Shown here piece after piece: positions 25,881 to 32,000 of a stretch of DNA of 32,000 nucleotides (positions are counted from its first letter, which is position 1; every line of letters begins with the position of its first letter). This stretch comes from Synechococcus sp. A15-28 (GTDB lineage: Bacteria > Cyanobacteriota > Cyanobacteriia > PCC-6307 > Cyanobiaceae). Below the pieces are notes generated by a model, which was given only the letters and a program-made list of their open reading frames with translations, ran no database searches and was not told the DNA's origin. Position numbers and translations under genes: made by a program. The DNA is taken from contig NZ_CP047931.1 in the NCBI RefSeq assembly GCF_014280175.1, forward strand, positions 780,001-812,000, written 5' to 3'.

Positions 25881-26894
25881 GTGATCCTCTTCATGGATGT
25901 GAACATCTGGATGATCGTCGGCTTCCTGCTGGCGGCCTATTCCGTGGTGGCCAACGACTCTCTGCAGACGTTGGGCACTTACATCTCATCGAACAAAAAG
26001 CGCACCCCGAAGGTGGTGCAGATGGTGTTCATCTGCACCGTCACCATCGTCGTTCTGATGATGGGTTGGTTCCTCAAGGATGGTGACCCGGCCTGGGGCC
26101 GCCTGAGTGTTCCCGGCAAAGAGTTCCCTCTGCCTGAGCCGTTCAACTGGGTTTACGTCCTTCCGCCCATCGCGGTGTTGGCACTCACCCAGTGGGGCGC
26201 CCCGGTGAGCACCTCGTTCCTGGTGCTGTCATCCTTCAAGCCGGCCAACATCGGCAAGCTGCTCAACAGCTCGCTGACGGGGTATTTTCTCGCCTTCTGC
26301 GTGGGCCTGGCGGCCTACGGCCTGGGCATGTGGCTGCTGGAACGCTGGGTGTTCCGCCGCACGCAGGAGGGCAAGGACTTCAACAAGGTCTGGTACGGCC
26401 TGCAGTGGTTCTCCACCGGTTTCCTCTGGAGCATGTGGCTGGTGCAGGACCTGGCGAACATCTTTGTGTTCCTGTTCCGCAAGCTGGACTTCTTCCCCAT
26501 GGCGATCTGCACGGCGGTGCTGTGCGTGGGTCTCTGCGTGCTGGTGGCCACCGGCGGTGGGCTGATCCAGGGAGTGCTGCGGTCGAAAACGAACACGTCC
26601 GACCTGCGTTCGGCCACGGTGATCGACTTCTTCTTCGGCCTCTGCCTTCTCTACAAGGCGTTCCTTTCCACCTTCCCGCTGAGCACCACCTGGGTGTTCC
26701 TGGGTCTGATCGGTGGTCGGGAAATCGCCCTACGGATCAAGAGGCAGGAATTTGAGTACGTCTTCACCAACCGCGAGAGCGGCAACCTGGGCAAGATCAT
26801 CGGGACTGATCTCTGGAAGGCCTTCGTCGGTGTGGTGGTGAGTCTCGTGATCGCGCTGAGCATCCAACCTCTTGTGCAACTCACCGGTGGTTGA
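25881..26894 (+). CDS. Polytopic membrane protein, distant PiT/PHO4-like transporter
   Basis: ANDSLQTLGTYISS near the N-terminus and PLSTTWVFLGLIGG near the C-terminus echo the duplicated GANDVAN..G / PVSTTH..G signatures. The start is GTG 25881 or ATG 25893. Confidence 0.5.
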   Translation: MILFMDVNIWMIVGFLLAAYSVVANDSLQTLGTYISSNKKRTPKVVQMVFICTVTIVVLMMGWFLKDGDPAWGRLSVPGKEFPLPEPFNWVYVLPPIAVLALTQWGAPVSTSFLVLSSFKPANIGKLLNSSLTGYFLAFCVGLAAYGLGMWLLERWVFRRTQEGKDFNKVWYGLQWFSTGFLWSMWLVQDLANIFVFLFRKLDFFPMAICTAVLCVGLCVLVATGGGLIQGVLRSKTNTSDLRSATVIDFFFGLCLLYKAFLSTFPLSTTWVFLGLIGGREIALRIKRQEFEYVFTNRESGNLGKIIGTDLWKAFVGVVVSLVIALSIQPLVQLTGG

Positions 26895-26918
26895 AGCCCT
26901 TGGTCGCAGGTGACTGAA

Positions 26919-26948
26919 GCGGTCCTTCGGGGCCGCTTTTTTATTTGG
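26919..26948 (+). terminator. Rho-independent terminator
   Basis: GCGGTCC-TTCG-GGGCCGC (one G-U pair) followed by TTTTTTATTT, 25 nt after the stop of the preceding gene. Confidence 0.75.
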
Positions 26949-27132
26949 TTTGGCCGGAAACCCACTGAATCTTCTTAAAAATAGGTTAAGACGGTTGACT
27001 TGACCGTGCCGGCCTTGTTCGGCCCAATGGCGTGAACACCTTGCGAAGATCCTGACCAGTCCACGACCCCAGCGCCGCGATGCCAGCGGCCGTTTTCAGT
27101 CCAACGGAGATCCCAAGGCGCGCCCTGTCCAG

Positions 27133-27597
27133 GTGTGGCTCAAGCCCGACGTGATCGAGCGATTGGATGCCTATTGCCTTTTTTATGGCGTTGGCCGAGG
27201 ACGGGCCATCGGCCATTTGCTTAAGGGGGCCCTCCCCGATCCCAGCTGGCTTCCTCAGCGACCGTCGTTTCTCGAGGAACCAGCGGACGGCCCAGAAGCC
27301 TGCTCCGAAACGTTGGAGGAAACGATCCCTGAAGCCGCCCCATCCCTCACGTCTGCTGCAAAGCGACCGAAGCCGTTGTTTCAGGCCGGGGATCGCATCA
27401 GCAACAACAGCGGACGACGCCTCGGGGTGATTTCAGACGAGCCACGCCAGTGGGTGGAACCGGTGCGACTTCCCAGCGGTGAACAGCGCCCCGGCCATTG
27501 GACCTACGCCGTGGCCTGGGATGGTCAGATGGGGTTGACCATCCGTTATGCCGAGGACCTGCTGCGTCCAGGGGGGCAGGAGCGACAGGCCAGCTGA
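27133..27597 (+). CDS. Hypothetical protein with a possible ribbon-helix-helix-like N-terminus (true start uncertain; frame open from 27004)
   Basis: VWLKPDVIERLDAYCLFYGVGRGRAIGHLL looks RHH-like. GTG 27133 is the only ATG/GTG/TTG start codon. The frame upstream stays open and still looks coding. Confidence 0.45.
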   Translation: MWLKPDVIERLDAYCLFYGVGRGRAIGHLLKGALPDPSWLPQRPSFLEEPADGPEACSETLEETIPEAAPSLTSAAKRPKPLFQAGDRISNNSGRRLGVISDEPRQWVEPVRLPSGEQRPGHWTYAVAWDGQMGLTIRYAEDLLRPGGQERQAS

Positions 27598-27661
27598 GGG
27601 GCCGTGGTCATTGCCCCGGGTTCTGGCTATGGGATGAGAAGGCAGGGCCACGGAGCGATCG

Positions 27662-27979
27662 ATGATCTGGCTGCTGCTTCTGTTCATCCCCACGGCGGCC
27701 GTCGCAGCACCGCAACTGCCCCTGACTCCACAGCAGTCGATTGTTGTTGCCCACCGCTCACTGCTTGCGGCTGGTTGGCGTCCGGCACCGGATCAGAATC
27801 CATCCCCCGATGAACGCCACTGGTCGGGGGTGCGACTGGACAGCCTGTCCTCCTGTTCAGGCACCGGGGAGGGGTTCTGTCGGTTCGATTACCGGCGTCA
27901 TGGCCAGACGCTGTCGGTGGTGACGGTGCCATCAAGACCAGGTCGAGCCTCCGTTGGTCGGGTGATTCAGTGGTGGTGA
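27662..27979 (+). CDS. Small secreted hypothetical protein
   Basis: Signal peptide MIWLLLLFIPTAAVA/AP, 105 aa, two Cys in the mature part. Confidence 0.45.
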   Translation: MIWLLLLFIPTAAVAAPQLPLTPQQSIVVAHRSLLAAGWRPAPDQNPSPDERHWSGVRLDSLSSCSGTGEGFCRFDYRRHGQTLSVVTVPSRPGRASVGRVIQWW

Positions 27980-27993
27980 CCCCGGGATGGTGA

Positions 27994-28560
27994 TCAGGGG
28001 TTAAGCCGCTGTTCCCGCCAGTCATCGTCGTGGCGCCAGCGCAATCGCTGGTGAGGGTGGTGGCTGAGGTCGAGCAGCTCCACCTGCTGGATGCTGATCT
28101 GCACCACGATGAAGTGCTCCGGGATGGGTGCGTCCTCAGGAAGTTCCTGAGGGAAGGGTGCTTCGGATTGGAAGGGTTGCCCTGGATGCGGCCAGCCCCA
28201 CAGGGCACGTCCGCTGGGGGAGAGAGATCGCCACTGGGACTGGTCAGCGGCGGGAGCCACTTGTGCGGCTGCTCCCCGCAGCCGAAACTGCTGCTTGGCT
28301 TTGCTCAGCAGCCAGCAGAGTTCCACCTGGGATTGATGGGTCAGTTCTGCGGTTTTGCTGCTGCGACCATCGGTGTACAGCTCCAGTTGAGCCGCTCCGC
28401 TCCATCCCCGGAACACCAGCGTTCTCACCCTTGGGGTGCCATCGGCAGCCACGGTGGCGAGTTGCAGCCAGCGGGCACTCACCTGGCGCCCCTCGCGCTT
28501 GAGGGCACCGCGAAGTCGTTGCCGCCAGGGTGGCAGGGCTCCATCCGTTGCTGCTGTCAT
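27994..28560 (-). CDS. Pyridoxamine 5'-phosphate oxidase family FMN-binding protein
   Basis: LQLATVAADGTPRVRTLVFRGW...ELYTDGRSSK...VELCW and a C-terminal WRHDDDWREQRLNP (PNPOx C-terminal-like motif). Confidence 0.7.
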   Translation of the reverse strand: MTAATDGALPPWRQRLRGALKREGRQVSARWLQLATVAADGTPRVRTLVFRGWSGAAQLELYTDGRSSKTAELTHQSQVELCWLLSKAKQQFRLRGAAAQVAPAADQSQWRSLSPSGRALWGWPHPGQPFQSEAPFPQELPEDAPIPEHFIVVQISIQQVELLDLSHHPHQRLRWRHDDDWREQRLNP

Positions 28561-28616
28561 GGTCTGAAATAGCTCCTCAGAACTGAAAACATGAGCTGGC
28601 AGGGTGGACTTCAGCG

Positions 28617-28874
28617 TTGATCATCACCGTGGCAGCTGAATTGAAAGAGCGTGTGGTCAGTGCGTTGCGCGCCTGCCGCAACTCGGACGATTTAGTCGCC
28701 CTGGATGAACAGCTGGCCATTGATTGTCGCGACACCTCCCTGCACCGCTTGATCTGCGATGCCCTCAGGGATCGCAGCGTGGCCCCGGTGGAAGCCGCCA
28801 ACTGGCTGACGACGCTGATGGAGCACCGCAATCAACAGCTGACGGCTTGCCTGAACCTGTCCTGCCAGGTCTGA
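28617..28874 (+). CDS. Hypothetical small protein
   Basis: 85-aa ORF with a TTG start and normal composition. Its stop is 2 nt from the convergent HDAC-family stop. Confidence 0.35.
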   Translation: MIITVAAELKERVVSALRACRNSDDLVALDEQLAIDCRDTSLHRLICDALRDRSVAPVEAANWLTTLMEHRNQQLTACLNLSCQV

Positions 28875-28876
28875 AG

Positions 28877-29794
28877 TCACGACAATCCAAACAGCCTGGC
28901 CTGCTCAACGGCAGCTCGAATCACGATGGCGTGCCGCCTGACCAGGGGCATCAGGTCGTCGTAACCGCCTCCAATCACCGTGGCGATGGGAATGCTTCGG
29001 CGCAGGGCGGCATCCAGCACGAGTCGATCGCGTCGTAGCAATCCCGCGTCGCTCAGCTCCAGTCGCCCAAGCCGGTCATCCCGATGGGGATCCACGCCGG
29101 CGTTGAACAACACCAGATCCGGTCGCTGCTTATCAAGCACCTGCGGGAGTCGGTCACCGATGGCCGCAAGGTAATCGTCATCTCCGGTGGCATCCTCCAG
29201 AGGAATGTCGATGTCGCTCTGCACCTTGCGCAACGGGAAATTGCTGGCGGCATGCACGGACAAGGTGGTGATGTGCGGCTCATCGGTGAAGCAGGCCGCC
29301 GTGCCATCGCCCTGATGCACATCCAGATCCACCACCAGAATCCGCTGCACCTCGCCGTTGTCCAGAAGCACCCGCGCCGCGGTAGCCACATCATTGAAGA
29401 TGCAGAAGCCGCTTCCGAAGCCGGGATGGGCGTGATGGGTTCCCCCGGCGAGGTGACAGGCGATTCCATGCTGAAGCGCCAGTCGCGCCGTCATCAAAGT
29501 TCCCCCGACGGATAACCAGGTGCGCTGCACCAGGGGCCGTGTGGCAGGAAGCCCAATTCGGCGCTGTTCCGAGCGGCTGAGTTGATCTCGGCTGAAGGCC
29601 TGGTGATAGGTGCGCTGGTGGATGCGCTCCAGATCGCGGCGGGCGATGCTGAGGGGGCGGCGGATCTGCTGGTCCTGCAGCACCTGTTCGTCAAGAAGCA
29701 AGCGCCGAAGCAGCTTGAATTTGGCCATCGGGAAGCGATGGGTCGATGGCAGGGGCGCTGAGTAGAGCTCGTGATAAACGGCGTGCAGTGTCAA
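28877..29794 (-). CDS. Histone deacetylase-family (arginase/deacetylase superfamily) protein
   Basis: HLAGGTHHAHPGFGSGFCIFND, VVDLDVHQGDGT and IGGGY motifs. Confidence 0.85.
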   Translation of the reverse strand: MTLHAVYHELYSAPLPSTHRFPMAKFKLLRRLLLDEQVLQDQQIRRPLSIARRDLERIHQRTYHQAFSRDQLSRSEQRRIGLPATRPLVQRTWLSVGGTLMTARLALQHGIACHLAGGTHHAHPGFGSGFCIFNDVATAARVLLDNGEVQRILVVDLDVHQGDGTAACFTDEPHITTLSVHAASNFPLRKVQSDIDIPLEDATGDDDYLAAIGDRLPQVLDKQRPDLVLFNAGVDPHRDDRLGRLELSDAGLLRRDRLVLDAALRRSIPIATVIGGGYDDLMPLVRRHAIVIRAAVEQARLFGLS

Positions 29795-29887
29795 GGGCTC
29801 AGTCGCGGTTGACAGGCGGCAGACACCGCTTTGAGGTCACCGAGCCATTGGAGCGCATGGGACGGGTTTAGTGACCCCATTCAAAGG

Positions 29888-30139
29888 TCAGGCCAGCTGC
29901 CGTTCCATGAGCCAGGCGTTGAAACCAATGCGATCCATTTCCTGAATGCAGTCCTGCTGTTTGCGGAGATGGCTCTGGCGAACACGCGTCAGTTGCTGCC
30001 CCTCAAGGCTGGACAGTCCAGCGGCGAGGCGTTGCTGATGGAGCACGTCCAGCTCCCGGTCGAGATGGTCCATCAGCCTCAGCAGGGAATAGCCGTGCTT
30101 GATCTCTTGCTGACTGAGCTCATTCGCAAACCCACCCAT
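29888..30139 (-). CDS. Hypothetical small helical protein
   Basis: 83-aa ORF with a good SD-like AAGAGAAGG 4 nt upstream of the ATG. Confidence 0.5.
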   Translation of the reverse strand: MGGFANELSQQEIKHGYSLLRLMDHLDRELDVLHQQRLAAGLSSLEGQQLTRVRQSHLRKQQDCIQEMDRIGFNAWLMERQLA

Positions 30140-30382
30140 CGCCTTCTCTTAAGGATCTTTTAACTCTTGCATGCTGCGTCGCGTTGGACCCAAGGCTGAT
30201 TCGGCTGAGGGAATGGCCCGACGTGTCGCCAGGCCAGGCCTCCGCGTGTGAGGGGTGTCTCAAGCCCCGCCAGCAGCGTCCCGCCCTTGTCCCTGTAATG
30301 GGTGACAGAAGCGTGGCTAGATGTTTCACGGTGTGACCATGCCAGGACGACCCTGCATGCGTCCACGCCAGATCTGGCGCAC

Positions 30383-30409
30383 AAAAAAGCCCCATGCGAT
30401 GCACGGGGC
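30383..30409 (-). terminator. Rho-independent terminator (second in series after tRNA-Pro)
   Basis: The minus strand reads GCCCCGTGC-ATC-GCATGGGGC followed by TTTTTTGT. The internal G-U pair works only in the minus-strand RNA. Confidence 0.7.
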
Positions 30410-30521
30410 CGGGCGATGGGGACAATTCCATTGTGCATGTTCCCGTCAACACCACATCTGTTGGTTGTCACGCTGCGGGCACCATGCTGGCTCTGGAGGG
30501 GTGCCCCAGAGCCAGTCGGTA
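30383..30521 (-). ncRNA. Candidate small RNA or structured spacer bounded by two minus-strand terminators
   Basis: No credible ORF. Perfect 10-bp hairpin CTGGCTCTGG/CCAGAGCCAG (30487-30515), further small hairpins, and its own terminator at 30383-30409. Confidence 0.3.
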
Positions 30522-30522
30522 C

Positions 30523-30547
30523 AAAAAAGCCGCCCGATTCGGGCGGC
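30523..30547 (-). terminator. Rho-independent terminator immediately downstream of tRNA-Pro
   Basis: The minus strand reads GCCGCCCG-AAT-CGGGCGGC followed by TTTTTTGT. Confidence 0.8.
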
Positions 30548-30581
30548 TGCACTGCCAGTTGGGATCTGGCGTCTCGTGGCA

Positions 30582-30655
30582 TCGGGGAGACAGGATTCGA
30601 ACCTGCGGCATCTTGCTCCCAAAGCAAGCGCGCTACCAAACTGCGCCACTCCCCG
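30582..30655 (-). tRNA. tRNA-Pro (anticodon UGG)
   Basis: Manual cloverleaf: acceptor CGGGGAG/CTCCCCG, D stem GCGC/GCGC, anticodon stem CTTGC/GCAAG with loop TTTGGGA, T arm GCAGG-TTCGAAT-CCTGT, discriminator A. CCA is not encoded. Confidence 0.9.
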
Positions 30656-30676
30656 GACGCACATCAAGATTAGCGC

Positions 30677-31072
30677 CTAGCCCATGTCCAGCAGGTAGTG
30701 GACCACCGCAGCTCGGCGGTCTGCATGGACGCCATCGCCTTCGATGCTGCCGCACACCTCATCGGGCACTCGGTGGATGCGGGTGAGTGATTTCAATTCG
30801 TAGGTCTCACCCTCCGTTGGCCCGCCATCCGTGCTGCGGTCCCAGATCTGCTGAGCATCGCCGCGGTAGTGCCCAACGATCTGTCCCAGGTGGGCAAAGG
30901 TGTTTGCCCCGCTGCGGCAGACGATGATGGCCAGACAGGCATCGAACTCATCGGTGGAGAGTTGGTTGATGCTGTCCATGACAGCTCGCTCCTCCATCCC
31001 CAGAACCATGTTCTCAAGGGCGCAGCTGCCCTCGTACAGCCAGCTGCGAACGGTGATTCCGATGAGGGTCAT
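30677..31072 (-). CDS. Small cyanobacterial hypothetical protein (DUF1824-like)
   Basis: 131 aa. ATGA overlap with the upstream oxidoreductase stop. The family call is from memory only. Confidence 0.5.
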   Translation of the reverse strand: MTLIGITVRSWLYEGSCALENMVLGMEERAVMDSINQLSTDEFDACLAIIVCRSGANTFAHLGQIVGHYRGDAQQIWDRSTDGGPTEGETYELKSLTRIHRVPDEVCGSIEGDGVHADRRAAVVHYLLDMG

Positions 31073-32000
31073 GGGGTCAGGGTGGAGAGATGCTGGGCCA
31101 GATTCACGCCGCTGCGGATTGCACCTTCAGCACGGCCGAAACCTGGGCCATCGACGTAATCCCCGCAGAAGCCCACCCCACTGGCATCACACCACTGCAG
31201 CGCTGGAGGCAAGGGGTGATCAATCGGTTGGGAGGCCCCCCAGCGCATCACACCGAGCGACTCAGCTCGCTCACAGGCGCTTTGCAGTTCGGGCCACGCC
31301 TTCAGCAGTTCTGGCAGCAATTGCCTCAACCGCTGCTCCTCCTGTTTCAGCAGAACCGGCTGGGTTTCGGGGGTGATCGTTTTGCCGGAGTCGAGGCCGT
31401 GCACCACCAATCCGGTCCGGTTGTCGGCTTGCGGGTGCAGCACGAGGCGCTCCACCCGCCAGTGGGCCTGGGCCTCGGGGGTGAGCCAGATCTGTCTTGG
31501 GTACTGGTCGCCGTTCAGGGGCAGATCGAGCATCAGGTTCCAGCGCACCTCTGCCCGACTCAGGGCCAGTGTTTCCAGGGCCTGATCCAGTTCAGGGTCC
31601 TGGCCCGCAGGAACCGCCTCCCGCAACGGCACCTGTCGCCAGTCGAGCATGGCCAGGGAGCGGGGATGGGCGAGCAGGCTGCCGCTCAGCACCAGTCGCC
31701 TCCCCCGCAGTTGCCAGTCGCTGCCTTCCTGAACGACGCACCAGTGGTCTCCATCCCGCTGCAACGTGCGGACCCGTCGTCCGAAATGTTGCGACAACGC
31801 TCCATCGTTCATCGCCAGCAAGGCCTCGCAGAGGCTGGCCATGAACGGCTCACCCTCCAGCCACGCGCGATCCGCGGGGCCACCCGACCGACTGATCGAC
31901 CCATCCGTGTCCACTGACATCACCGCACCTTTGGCCTGACGCAGCACACCGTTATCCCGCAACGGGTCCAGCAAGGACTGGACTGACTCAGCCAGTGGAT
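31069..32000 (-). CDS. NAD(P)/FAD-dependent oxidoreductase (COG3380/renalase-like), 5' end outside the window
   Basis: The C-terminal GFCGDYVDGPGFGRAEGAIRSG motif is typical of the amine-oxidase/renalase-like fold. The frame stays open to the window edge, and the N-terminal dinucleotide-binding motif is absent here. Confidence 0.65.
   Translation of the reverse strand, partial: PLAESVQSLLDPLRDNGVLRQAKGAVMSVDTDGSISRSGGPADRAWLEGEPFMASLCEALLAMNDGALSQHFGRRVRTLQRDGDHWCVVQEGSDWQLRGRRLVLSGSLLAHPRSLAMLDWRQVPLREAVPAGQDPELDQALETLALSRAEVRWNLMLDLPLNGDQYPRQIWLTPEAQAHWRVERLVLHPQADNRTGLVVHGLDSGKTITPETQPVLLKQEEQRLRQLLPELLKAWPELQSACERAESLGVMRWGASQPIDHPLPPALQWCDASGVGFCGDYVDGPGFGRAEGAIRSGVNLAQHLSTLTP

Noticed and set aside
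26986-27216. 76-aa minus-strand ORF in the spacer after the PiT-like gene
   Set aside because: It overlaps the start region of the better-supported plus-strand RHH-like ORF. It has no SD sequence or motifs, and its composition is typical of an antisense frame.
30246-30256. The minus strand reads ACCCCUCACAC, one mismatch from the Yfr1 sRNA core motif as I recall it (ACUCCUCACAC)
   Set aside because: There is no flanking terminator hairpin or U-tract, and no compact two-stem-loop layout of about 60 nt around it. It lies in the presumed promoter/5' leader of the 83-aa ORF. An 11-nt near-match is weak evidence.
26950-30581. Possible tRNA-Pro-associated genomic island (small hypothetical genes next to a tRNA)
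   Set aside because: There is no integrase, recombinase or transposase. I found no direct repeat of the tRNA 3' end in the window; the only TTCGAATC-like match, at about 15900, is inside the GST gene. Composition looks like the flanks, and the content includes ordinary housekeeping-type genes (PNPOx, HDAC family).
30160-30680. ORF-track ORFs overlapping the tRNA and terminator region (30160-30639 minus; 30302-30673, 30321-30680 and 30394-30786 plus)
   Set aside because: They run straight through a well-folded tRNA-Pro and two terminators. Their composition is implausible and they have no motifs.

Overview
The window is GC-rich, densely packed (about 45 genes) chromosomal DNA. By gene content it looks like a marine picocyanobacterium, probably Synechococcus-like. 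The supporting genes are StpA/GgpP glucosylglycerol-phosphate phosphatase, a PaO-like Rieske oxygenase, a FurA-type regulator, ArsS, and small DUF3721/DUF3764/DUF1824/Trp-rich proteins. This taxon call is an inference, not a search result.

Left to right, the window holds:
- the 3' end of a SulP/STAS permease;
- a translationally coupled 4-gene polar amino-acid ABC transporter (AapJQMP/NatFGH-BgtA type);
- an AEC-family permease;
- a patch that looks less GC-rich by eye, with an AlkB-like dioxygenase, a GDSL hydrolase and a small phage-module-like protein;
- a long minus-strand run: metA, metY, a hypothetical, a lytic transglycosylase, a DOMON-like protein, a NahK-like kinase and an atypical GpsA-like protein;
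- GST, a repeat-rich anchored protein and a PaO-like Rieske oxygenase;
- GgpP, a membrane-anchored hypothetical and an orphan arsS;
- a minimal SepF-like gene, two DUF3721-motif genes and fur;
- a small-protein/metallophosphoesterase operon, a 2OG oxygenase, an L,D-transpeptidase-like lipoprotein and a PiT-like permease;
- several small genes, a PNPOx-family gene and an HDAC-family gene;
- tRNA-Pro(UGG) with two successive minus-strand terminators, a DUF1824-like gene and a partial FAD oxidoreductase.

I see no CRISPR array, transposase, integrase, prophage or recognisable defence system. The best candidates for something undescribed are modest:
1. the DUF3721 gene pair abutting fur, one member carrying a 7 x 30-bp in-frame hydrophobic repeat;
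2. a structured segment of about 140 nt, with its own terminator, downstream of tRNA-Pro (candidate sRNA);
3. a coupled GpsA-like (degenerate Rossmann loop) / NahK-like kinase / DOMON-like trio near ggpP.

All family assignments come from motif recognition by eye and need database confirmation.
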